Origin: Naegleria gruberi
Lineage: Eukaryota
Length of the DNA: 64,000 nucleotides
Direction: 5' to 3' (one strand)
NCBI GenBank assembly: GCA_000004985.1
Contig: GG738860.1
This document shows, piece after piece, positions 21,889-32,300 of this stretch (position 1 is its first letter; every line of letters starts with the position of its first letter). A model generated the notes under the pieces. That model ran no database searches. It was not told where the DNA came from and saw only the letters and a list, made by a program, of their open reading frames with translations. A program made the position numbers and the translations under genes.

Positions 21889-24800
21889 ATGAGAGGAGGA
21901 AGAAGAGGTGGTGGAAACAGAGGAAGAGGAAACAGAAGACAAAGAGGTCCACCAAGAAGAGGAGGAAGACCACCACAAGATGGTAGACCTGCTATCGGAG
22001 GAGGAGGTGCTCTCATTGATTTGACTGTTGAAGATGATTATTTATTAGAAGATAATGGTGATGACGATTCATCATCGGAAGAAGAGGAAGAATTTGATTC
22101 AAATCAACCAAAAACATCCAATTCATCTGCATCGGATAAGAAGGTTGTTAAAACCTATGCATCAGGAAAACAACAATTTTATGAACAAAATAGACACAGA
22201 TTTGAGATGAATTCTGAAGTTTTAACATGGACATTAGAAGATTTGGAAACACCAATAGAGTTGGATCCAGTTCCTGATCATTTTAGAGATACGAAACATT
22301 ATTGTTCAAGTTTTTTGGATTATATTTTCGAAGAGACTAGAGCTTGTATTTATCAATCTTTGGAAACTAATAATCATGGTGATATGGCAAAATGCTCTAT
22401 TGTCAAATGGAAGAAGGGAAAGAATCGTGGAGAATCTGCTACTATTTATTTTGATATTATTCCGAGACCACCAAAAGATCCAAACATGACACCTTATATT
22501 CCAATGTTTCAAAAACATGATTATTGTGTAGTAACTACTGAACCATCCCTTCAAAATTTGGAATCACAAAATCATTTCTTTTGTATTATTGAAGAGGGTA
22601 ATCAAATTAGTTCAAACAAATTTCAACAACAAAGTCAACCATGGAGTCGTAGAAATGGTGGAAAAGGTGGAAGAAGAAGAAGAGGAGGAAAAGGAGGAAG
22701 AGGAGGTAGAGAAAGACCATCAAAGCCAATGTCTAATATCAAAACAAATTTCAAAGCTAAATTCCATGCCTCTAGTGTTACCAAGCATTTACTTAACATG
22801 GATGCTACTGCAAGAAAAGGAAAAAAACAAAAACAAAAGCGTCAATCAAATAATGGACAAAGACAAAATTGGTTTATTTTTCCAATCTTCACAATGGTTA
22901 CAAAACACAGAGAGTATGAAGCAATTCAAAAATCTGCTATTCCTGCTCCTCTTTTCAATGTATTGAAGGGTGAAAAGTCTTATCACAAAAAGTCTCAACC
23001 GGATGGACAAAATATTGCACCACCTTTAAGAGAATTCTTAATGAAGTCATACAATAGTTCACAATTTAGAGCTATTGATCAAGTTTTAAACTTGGATGAG
23101 AGAGTTCAATGTATTCATGGACCTCCAGGTACTGGTAAGGTATGTAAATAATTAACATAAGAATATCTTAATAATTTTCAAAATAGACAAGTGTACTTCT
23201 AGGATTAATCATGGCACTCTTGGCTAATAAGAAGAGAATTCTTGTTTGTTCAGGAACTAACGTAGCTGTCGATCACATTGTTGCCAAACTCTCTCAAAAT
23301 GGGTTGATAAATAGTAATGGTGAAAAGTATCAATTATCAATTAACAAAATGGCAAGAATTGGTAATGACGAAAAAATTGATGAGCTAAGTAAGAGAATAG
23401 ATCCTGCCACTCGTTTCAAACAACTTCAAAGAGCTGTCAAGGATATTATTCACTGTGTAGAATTGATTCGTAAGGAATTATTTGAAGTTATGGAGAAATC
23501 TAGGCAAAGTAATACAGCATTCAATGCAAGAAATTCTATCAAGGGAAGAACTGAGAAGGTTATCAAACTCATTAAGAATACAGAAGAAACCATTACAAAA
23601 CTTTTATTAACCAAGTTGATCAATCAGGAAATGGTAAATACTGTCAGTGAAAAATTCTCTAAGGTAACAGAACATATTCAAACATTCTTGGAATTTGGTA
23701 ACAATAATGAAGCCAAGAAAATAGATTTAAAAAATGGAGCTGAGGATATTTATCAAGAAATTGATTCCTTTTACAAGGAATTACAAGTCTATCTTGTTGT
23801 TGATAACAGAGATGTGGAAAAGAAGATTCTTGATAATTGTGATTTGGTATTTGCCACTCTAGCTATCACTGGTAGACATCTTATGAGATCATGCAAAGCT
23901 TTTGATATTATCATTATTGATGAAGCTGCTCAAGTTACAGAAAGTGAAAGTGTTATTCCACTCGATTTGGCAACAGAAAAGCTTGTCTTGATTGGTGACC
24001 CTAAACAGCTTCCTTCAACTGTTATTTCAAATGAAGCTGTTGAAAAGAATTACAATAGAAGTATGTTCGAGCGATTGATGAAATTGGCAAACACCAAAGG
24101 ATTCTCTATTCATAAGCCAGTTCTATTGGATACTCAATATCGTATGCACCCTAAAATTTCCAGATTCCCAGAACATCAATTCTATCATTCTGTCCTTAAA
24201 GATGGTGAAAATGTCAAAAAATACGATGTTCATCCAGAATGGCAACCTGTTTATGAACTTGGATTGGAACCTTGCCTATTCATGAATTGTCCAAAATCTG
24301 CTGAAACTTTCAATCCTAAACTCAAGAGTTACAATAATGAAGAAGAGGCTGATACCATTGTAAAAATTATTGATTTGTACATGAATAAGTATGGAATTTC
24401 GAGATCCAAGATTGCAGTCATTACTTTCTATCGTGCTCAAGTAGATTTGATTCGTGAAAAGTTGACAGAATATGAAAAGAAGAATCCACACCCAGTTAGA
24501 GTAGTAACTCCAGTTGCTACTCCTCAAGTTACAGCTGTTCCAAAGCAAGAAAACCCGACAACAGAACAAGAAAAGCCTGTTGAAAATGCTGGTGAAGGAA
24601 CCTCTGAAGAAATTTCTATTGAAGATTTACTTCCAATTGATGATTCATCAGATAGCGATGAAGAAGAGGAAATTGTTGAAGAGGAATGGTTCGATGTGAA
24701 CACTGTAGATTCTTACCAAGGAAGTGAAAAGCAAGTTATTATTCTCTCAACAGTTCGTGCCAATGATAGAAATAGTTTGGGTTTCTGTGTAGATCAGAGA

Positions 24801-26324
24801 CGTTTGAATGTAGCTATTACTAGAGCTCAATTTTCACTTGTTATTGTTGGTAATGGTGAAAATCTCTGTTCCAATGATTTGTATAGAGAATTTATTAAGA
24901 ATACAAAGGTTGTTGAACCAAGAGATTTCTTCCAATTAGAAAATGATGCACAAGAAACTGATAACATGCTGTTGAGAAATTTGAATAGAAATAGCTTGAA
25001 CTTAACATCTGCCTTGTTAAACAACAAGTCTATGGTCTCAGAATTGGGACAAGATTTGGAGACCATCTCTAATACTATTATTGATCTCAGTTTAGATAAG
25101 GACAACCACATTCTCTTATTCCAAGCTTTAAAAACTTTGAATATTAACTTCAAGAGAACATTCCAATATGGTAATAATTTATATCATAGAGCCATCTATT
25201 CTAGATCATATGATTGTGTTTTGGAGTTGCTCAAGAGTCCAAAATCTCATTCACTCCTCTTTGATTTGAATCAACAAAAGAATTTACCAATTCACTCATT
25301 GGTATTGGAATATGGTAAGAGAAAACCACAAGAAAAGGAAAAGATGAAGATTGCCTTTGAAAATATGATAACAGTGCTTCTTGAACATAAGCCAACTGCA
25401 ATTCAAAGACAAATTTTACAAATAGACTCTGATGATCCATATGAAGTTTTTGATGTGCCAAGCGGAATTGATCAAACTATTGATGTTACAATTTTAAAAC
25501 AGGATTTGGATGATTTAATGGAAATTGTGGTAAAGCATGATTTGTTGCCTGAGGATGAAAGTTTGGAATTGATGAGTAAGGGACTTAAATGTGAAAGATT
25601 TTTCAAGCCACCCCCACCAGTCATTAACAATATACAACAACAACAACAACAACAAGTCAACCAACCTCAACAAAAGAGACCACAACACAAGGCTCACCAA
25701 AACAATAACAATGCCAATAAGCAACAACCACAAGGCAATAATGGTAGACCTAGCTCTTCCAATCAAGTTCCTCCACAACCACAACACCAACAAGCAAACA
25801 ATAAGCATCAACATAATAACAGAGATAATAGACAAGCTCCACAGCAACAAAAGAACACTCAACCACAACAACATCAACAAAAACCACATTTTGTTAATAA
25901 GCAATCTCAATCTCAACCACAACAGCAACAGCAACAAGTGTTTGTGAAAAAGACTGACTCTACTACTAACCAACCACATCATAAACAAGCTCAATCCCAA
26001 CCACAACACAAGCAACAGCAACAACACTTTGTTAAAAAGGTAGAAACACCTCAACAGCCAAAACCACAGAGTCAACCATCTGCCTCCAATAACAATACTG
26101 GATATCAATCTCAATACGAACAATTTAAGCAATTAATGCAAGCCAAGTTTGCCACAGATTCTACTCAAACACCTCCTCCAACCAATTCAAACAACCCAAC
26201 CCAGCAACAAGCTCCATCCCAAAACAATCAAAAGCAAGTGAATCATCCTTTCAGAGATTACAAGAAACAAGGAGGAGGAAATAATCGATCATTCCATAAT
26301 AATCAATCCAATAATAACAAGTAA
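21889..26324 (+). CDS. SF1 Upf1-like helicase (Sen1/IGHMBP2-type) with RGG-rich N-terminus and Q/N-rich C-terminal tail; 2 exons, about 1462 aa
   Basis: Exon 1 is 21889..23139 and exon 2 is 23187..26324. The 47-nt intron (GTATGT...AAATAG) splits the Walker A motif, GPPGTGK|TSVLLGLI. Motif II is IIIDEAAQ. Motif III is LIGDPKQLP. Motif IV is VLLDTQYRMHPKI. Motifs V/VI are VDSYQGSEKQVIILSTVRAN...GFCVDQRRLNVAITRAQ. There is an acidic insert (SSDSDEEEEIVEEEW) and a poly-Q/N tail. Confidence 0.8.
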
Positions 26325-26404
26325 ATTATGAACACTTAATTATTTCAATTTTACCAAGCAGTATTACAAAGAAAATGAACAATAACATTTAAAAATAGAA
26401 AAAA

Positions 26405-27409
26405 ATGGAAGAACGAGTGATCGTGGAATTGTGTGATTTGCACTTTACATCATCAAAAGGTGTTGAATTTATGAATAATTCATCATCGGATCACAATTAT
26501 TTTTCAATGTTGAAAGGCAAATTGAGGGAACCTACGGAAATTCCCTTCTCGATGACATTTCATGCCATACATGAAATTCCAAAGATTGATATCGATGCCA
26601 GTACAAGCTATATGAGTATTTATGATGTTGAGATTGTAAATGATAGAGATTTGATGATATTTGGAACTAATTCTTACCTTCACTTTTACCATTTGACTAC
26701 AAGGTTAAAATTGAAATCAGTTCAGTTGACAGATTATGTTTCCGATGTTCATGAGCTTGTAGTAGATGGATGCTATCTCTATTTAACATCTGGATCTCGG
26801 TTATTTAAATATAATTTGGATTCATTATTGAATATTGATGACAATAAGGATACTAAAGAAGCATTGATTTGGGAAAGTCTCCCAAATGTTCTTTCAAATT
26901 GTTGGGGATTAGCTCTTTTGGAAATGGGTTTGAAAAAGTATGCTTTTGTAATGGATTATGGTGAAGGAATACTTGTGTTTGATACTGCAACTGGAAATCG
27001 AGTTGAAATGAAAATGCCAAGAATCACAACTGGATATGGAATTGCCTTCACAGATACGAAAGAAATGCTTATATCGACCTCAAATAATGCAGAGGGACCT
27101 ATTCAATTATTCACATACAATCCCTCTAATATGGAGTGGGAAAAAACTAGAGAGGTAAATAGAGATGCATCAATGAATTTCAATACTCCATATGGTATTT
27201 GTTATGAAAAACGAACTCAATTAATTTATCTAATGGATACATTTGCAAAGGCAGTTTTTGTGTTTAGAAAACAGGATATGGTTCTAGTACAAAAGTGGGA
27301 GCTGAATCAGTATTTATCTGCCCAAACATTGTATGGCATATCATTGAATCCAAAGAAAGGAGAATTATTTTTACCTGTTTGTGACCATTCAGTCATAATT
27401 ATGAAGTGA
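26405..27409 (+). CDS. Hypothetical protein, probably a beta-propeller (NHL/YWTD-like repeats)
   Basis: ATG at 26405, only about 80 bp after the helicase stop. Repeated YG[IV][AC][FY]xD/E...L[IY]xxD segments (YGIAFTD, YGICYEK, YGISLNP). Confidence 0.45.
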   Translation: MEERVIVELCDLHFTSSKGVEFMNNSSSDHNYFSMLKGKLREPTEIPFSMTFHAIHEIPKIDIDASTSYMSIYDVEIVNDRDLMIFGTNSYLHFYHLTTRLKLKSVQLTDYVSDVHELVVDGCYLYLTSGSRLFKYNLDSLLNIDDNKDTKEALIWESLPNVLSNCWGLALLEMGLKKYAFVMDYGEGILVFDTATGNRVEMKMPRITTGYGIAFTDTKEMLISTSNNAEGPIQLFTYNPSNMEWEKTREVNRDASMNFNTPYGICYEKRTQLIYLMDTFAKAVFVFRKQDMVLVQKWELNQYLSAQTLYGISLNPKKGELFLPVCDHSVIIMK

Positions 27410-27462
27410 TTAGTTTAATAATCTCGTTTATAAAAGTGAATGCAGTTTCAATTTTAAATATA

Positions 27463-28848
27463 TTACATAAATGTTACTTTTTCAAAGTAAACATTGACAA
27501 CCTTGTACTTTGGAGTCAGTTTCTTTTCTCTTTCGAATTGTCTCAAAATAACAAGAGGAGAAAATACTCGTTCTTGTTCTCTTCTTTCCTTTTCAGCTGC
27601 AATAACAGCAACTGATTCCATTCCTTTGTATTCTTCCGCAAGTTGACCAAGAATATTAACATGCTTTCCACCAAATGAAGAGAATGCACTTTCTCCATCA
27701 TCTGAATCTCCATCAGATTCTTCCTCTTCCTCCTTTTTCTTATGGTCATAATAGACCTTTTTCAACTTTTCAGTCAAGGTATTGAAACGATTTCTTCCAC
27801 CATTGACAGCATTTCCTATTGAAGTAGCTGCCATTGCTCCACCTCCGAGACTATTACTTGCTGCGTGAACTGATTGTTTTCTTGAACTAGTTGGTACATC
27901 ATCCTTCTTCTTTTCCTCTTCCCAATCCTGAAGGAAACTCAAAACATCCATCTCATCGTCCTTCTTCTTTTTCTTTTGTGCTTCTGATACAGCCCTTCCT
28001 CTAGTTGGAGTGGTAGCAGTTGCTCCACTAGTCGATGTTGATGTAAATGTATTAATACTTGCTTTTGGAACGCTACCTGATTCTGTAGAGTTCATTGTGG
28101 TTGGTGAAATTGATTTTGGAGAGGATGACATTGTATTCAATTGAGAAAGTTCCTTTTCAAATCCTTGAATACTATCCTTTAATTCCTTCAAATCATGATC
28201 TTCACTAATATCTGTTCCAACCTCTGACAAATCGTCCGTGTCAGAAAAATCACCAGTTCCAGATAATCCAGTTTCTGATATTTTAGAAGTAGAAGATGAT
28301 GTTTTTGATGGAAAAAGTAAATGTAGAGGTGTTTTCACAAGTGCAGATCCCAAACTTGAGTTTGAACTTTCTCTCGGTTTCATATTTAAAAGTGATGAAT
28401 TTTTATCATTTTCATGTTGTTCATTGTTCAATTGATGAGAAATATTAGAGGAAGATGAAGATAATTTCTTTGGAGTGAGCATACTTTTCAATGATGAAAG
28501 ACTTTTCTTTCTTTCTTTTAGGGTATTATTCGAAGAAGAGGAAGAATTAGACGAAATGTTGTTGGACGAATTAGTAGACGAAATGTTAGCAGCATTGGCT
28601 AAATTATTATTTAATTCAGTTAATAGTGCAGAACTACTGGTAATGGTGAGGGTTCCTCGCTTTGTTGTTGTTGTTGTTGTATTTGATTCTTGTGATGAGC
28701 TGTCAGTGTTGGCATTTGACATTGATGAAACGGATTGGGATCTACGATAGGCATCATTTTCGTTTGGTGATGGTGTTGTAGGTGATGTTGGTTTTTCTGG
28801 AATTGTTATTGGTTGAGAAGACGATGACAGCGACTTTCGTTTAAACAT
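27463..28848 (-). CDS. Ser-rich intrinsically disordered protein with a short conserved C-terminal module
   Basis: ATG at 28846-28848. About 60% S/T/N. The C-terminus reads FSSFGGKHVNILGQLAEEYKGMESVAVIAAEKERREQERVFSPLVILRQFEREKKLTPKYKVVNVYFEKVTFM. Its 5' 434 nt recur at 46417..46850. Confidence 0.5.
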   Translation of the reverse strand: MFKRKSLSSSSQPITIPEKPTSPTTPSPNENDAYRRSQSVSSMSNANTDSSSQESNTTTTTTKRGTLTITSSSALLTELNNNLANAANISSTNSSNNISSNSSSSSNNTLKERKKSLSSLKSMLTPKKLSSSSSNISHQLNNEQHENDKNSSLLNMKPRESSNSSLGSALVKTPLHLLFPSKTSSSTSKISETGLSGTGDFSDTDDLSEVGTDISEDHDLKELKDSIQGFEKELSQLNTMSSSPKSISPTTMNSTESGSVPKASINTFTSTSTSGATATTPTRGRAVSEAQKKKKKDDEMDVLSFLQDWEEEKKKDDVPTSSRKQSVHAASNSLGGGAMAATSIGNAVNGGRNRFNTLTEKLKKVYYDHKKKEEEEESDGDSDDGESAFSSFGGKHVNILGQLAEEYKGMESVAVIAAEKERREQERVFSPLVILRQFEREKKLTPKYKVVNVYFEKVTFM

Positions 28849-28982
28849 TTTTTTTATGAAATTTGACAGCTAATGGTTTTGACATTTTATGGATGCATGA
28901 ACTTGGTCATATTTACCAACATACCTTTCTTTCCAATAACAATTTTATTAGAAAATTGAACTAATGTTTTTTAAAATTTTGT

Positions 28983-29032
28983 NNNNNNNNNNNNNNNNNN
29001 NNNNNNNNNNNNNNNNNNNNNNNNNNNNNNNN
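28983..29032. other. Assembly gap (50 N)
   Basis: Run of n. Confidence 1.
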
Positions 29033-29347
29033 GGTAATTTTTCCAACGATTCGAATCGGAATCTATTGGAATTCCGTTTTGAATCCAATCGTGAATCGTG
29101 TTGGAAACACCGAATTCTTGCCATCGGCTGTGAAAACGAGAGAGACGACCACCAAGAGGAATGTTGGCATCATTTATTGTTGTTGTTTGAGTTGGAGGAA
29201 TTTGAAGCGGTTCCACTTGCTTGGTGAGCATTGTTGAATCTTCTGAAGCCTTGATTGTTGGATTGGTAACTATTACCTTGTCCTTGGTTGAAGTTGTTGT
29301 TGTTGTAGTTGTTGTAACCAGCTTGTCTATTATCGTGTCTAGTGGGG
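29033..29347 (-). mobile_element. Second copy of the DIRS-like retroelement fragment (ORF1 tail plus RT start), isolated between two gaps
   Basis: 315 bp, identical apart from 1 mismatch to 10788..11102, in the same orientation. Confidence 0.6.
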
Positions 29348-32300
29348 NNNNNNNNNNNNNNNNNNNNNNNNNNNNNNNNNNNNNNNNNNNNNNNNNNNNN
29401 NNNNNNNNNNNNNNNNNNNNNNNNNNNNNNNNNNNNNNNNNNNNNNNNNNNNNNNNNNNNNNNNNNNNNNNNNNNNNNNNNNNNNNNNNNNNNNNNNNNN
29501 NNNNNNNNNNNNNNNNNNNNNNNNNNNNNNNNNNNNNNNNNNNNNNNNNNNNNNNNNNNNNNNNNNNNNNNNNNNNNNNNNNNNNNNNNNNNNNNNNNNN
29601 NNNNNNNNNNNNNNNNNNNNNNNNNNNNNNNNNNNNNNNNNNNNNNNNNNNNNNNNNNNNNNNNNNNNNNNNNNNNNNNNNNNNNNNNNNNNNNNNNNNN
29701 NNNNNNNNNNNNNNNNNNNNNNNNNNNNNNNNNNNNNNNNNNNNNNNNNNNNNNNNNNNNNNNNNNNNNNNNNNNNNNNNNNNNNNNNNNNNNNNNNNNN
29801 NNNNNNNNNNNNNNNNNNNNNNNNNNNNNNNNNNNNNNNNNNNNNNNNNNNNNNNNNNNNNNNNNNNNNNNNNNNNNNNNNNNNNNNNNNNNNNNNNNNN
29901 NNNNNNNNNNNNNNNNNNNNNNNNNNNNNNNNNNNNNNNNNNNNNNNNNNNNNNNNNNNNNNNNNNNNNNNNNNNNNNNNNNNNNNNNNNNNNNNNNNNN
30001 NNNNNNNNNNNNNNNNNNNNNNNNNNNNNNNNNNNNNNNNNNNNNNNNNNNNNNNNNNNNNNNNNNNNNNNNNNNNNNNNNNNNNNNNNNNNNNNNNNNN
30101 NNNNNNNNNNNNNNNNNNNNNNNNNNNNNNNNNNNNNNNNNNNNNNNNNNNNNNNNNNNNNNNNNNNNNNNNNNNNNNNNNNNNNNNNNNNNNNNNNNNN
30201 NNNNNNNNNNNNNNNNNNNNNNNNNNNNNNNNNNNNNNNNNNNNNNNNNNNNNNNNNNNNNNNNNNNNNNNNNNNNNNNNNNNNNNNNNNNNNNNNNNNN
30301 NNNNNNNNNNNNNNNNNNNNNNNNNNNNNNNNNNNNNNNNNNNNNNNNNNNNNNNNNNNNNNNNNNNNNNNNNNNNNNNNNNNNNNNNNNNNNNNNNNNN
30401 NNNNNNNNNNNNNNNNNNNNNNNNNNNNNNNNNNNNNNNNNNNNNNNNNNNNNNNNNNNNNNNNNNNNNNNNNNNNNNNNNNNNNNNNNNNNNNNNNNNN
30501 NNNNNNNNNNNNNNNNNNNNNNNNNNNNNNNNNNNNNNNNNNNNNNNNNNNNNNNNNNNNNNNNNNNNNNNNNNNNNNNNNNNNNNNNNNNNNNNNNNNN
30601 NNNNNNNNNNNNNNNNNNNNNNNNNNNNNNNNNNNNNNNNNNNNNNNNNNNNNNNNNNNNNNNNNNNNNNNNNNNNNNNNNNNNNNNNNNNNNNNNNNNN
30701 NNNNNNNNNNNNNNNNNNNNNNNNNNNNNNNNNNNNNNNNNNNNNNNNNNNNNNNNNNNNNNNNNNNNNNNNNNNNNNNNNNNNNNNNNNNNNNNNNNNN
30801 NNNNNNNNNNNNNNNNNNNNNNNNNNNNNNNNNNNNNNNNNNNNNNNNNNNNNNNNNNNNNNNNNNNNNNNNNNNNNNNNNNNNNNNNNNNNNNNNNNNN
30901 NNNNNNNNNNNNNNNNNNNNNNNNNNNNNNNNNNNNNNNNNNNNNNNNNNNNNNNNNNNNNNNNNNNNNNNNNNNNNNNNNNNNNNNNNNNNNNNNNNNN
31001 NNNNNNNNNNNNNNNNNNNNNNNNNNNNNNNNNNNNNNNNNNNNNNNNNNNNNNNNNNNNNNNNNNNNNNNNNNNNNNNNNNNNNNNNNNNNNNNNNNNN
31101 NNNNNNNNNNNNNNNNNNNNNNNNNNNNNNNNNNNNNNNNNNNNNNNNNNNNNNNNNNNNNNNNNNNNNNNNNNNNNNNNNNNNNNNNNNNNNNNNNNNN
31201 NNNNNNNNNNNNNNNNNNNNNNNNNNNNNNNNNNNNNNNNNNNNNNNNNNNNNNNNNNNNNNNNNNNNNNNNNNNNNNNNNNNNNNNNNNNNNNNNNNNN
31301 NNNNNNNNNNNNNNNNNNNNNNNNNNNNNNNNNNNNNNNNNNNNNNNNNNNNNNNNNNNNNNNNNNNNNNNNNNNNNNNNNNNNNNNNNNNNNNNNNNNN
31401 NNNNNNNNNNNNNNNNNNNNNNNNNNNNNNNNNNNNNNNNNNNNNNNNNNNNNNNNNNNNNNNNNNNNNNNNNNNNNNNNNNNNNNNNNNNNNNNNNNNN
31501 NNNNNNNNNNNNNNNNNNNNNNNNNNNNNNNNNNNNNNNNNNNNNNNNNNNNNNNNNNNNNNNNNNNNNNNNNNNNNNNNNNNNNNNNNNNNNNNNNNNN
31601 NNNNNNNNNNNNNNNNNNNNNNNNNNNNNNNNNNNNNNNNNNNNNNNNNNNNNNNNNNNNNNNNNNNNNNNNNNNNNNNNNNNNNNNNNNNNNNNNNNNN
31701 NNNNNNNNNNNNNNNNNNNNNNNNNNNNNNNNNNNNNNNNNNNNNNNNNNNNNNNNNNNNNNNNNNNNNNNNNNNNNNNNNNNNNNNNNNNNNNNNNNNN
31801 NNNNNNNNNNNNNNNNNNNNNNNNNNNNNNNNNNNNNNNNNNNNNNNNNNNNNNNNNNNNNNNNNNNNNNNNNNNNNNNNNNNNNNNNNNNNNNNNNNNN
31901 NNNNNNNNNNNNNNNNNNNNNNNNNNNNNNNNNNNNNNNNNNNNNNNNNNNNNNNNNNNNNNNNNNNNNNNNNNNNNNNNNNNNNNNNNNNNNNNNNNNN
32001 NNNNNNNNNNNNNNNNNNNNNNNNNNNNNNNNNNNNNNNNNNNNNNNNNNNNNNNNNNNNNNNNNNNNNNNNNNNNNNNNNNNNNNNNNNNNNNNNNNNN
32101 NNNNNNNNNNNNNNNNNNNNNNNNNNNNNNNNNNNNNNNNNNNNNNNNNNNNNNNNNNNNNNNNNNNNNNNNNNNNNNNNNNNNNNNNNNNNNNNNNNNN
32201 NNNNNNNNNNNNNNNNNNNNNNNNNNNNNNNNNNNNNNNNNNNNNNNNNNNNNNNNNNNNNNNNNNNNNNNNNNNNNNNNNNNNNNNNNNNNNNNNNNNN

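Noticed and set aside
25472-26132. ORFs 25515..26132(-), 25591..25947(+) and 25472..25660(-) (poly-L/poly-N products)
   Set aside because: They are off-frame or antisense translations of the helicase's CAA/CAG-rich tail, giving low-complexity artefacts.
28475-28750. 91-aa ORF (EEEEELDE...) and its twin at 46477..46752
   Set aside because: Antisense of the Ser-rich gene, where TCT/TCC codons read as GAA/GAG in reverse. Its duplication just mirrors the segment duplication.
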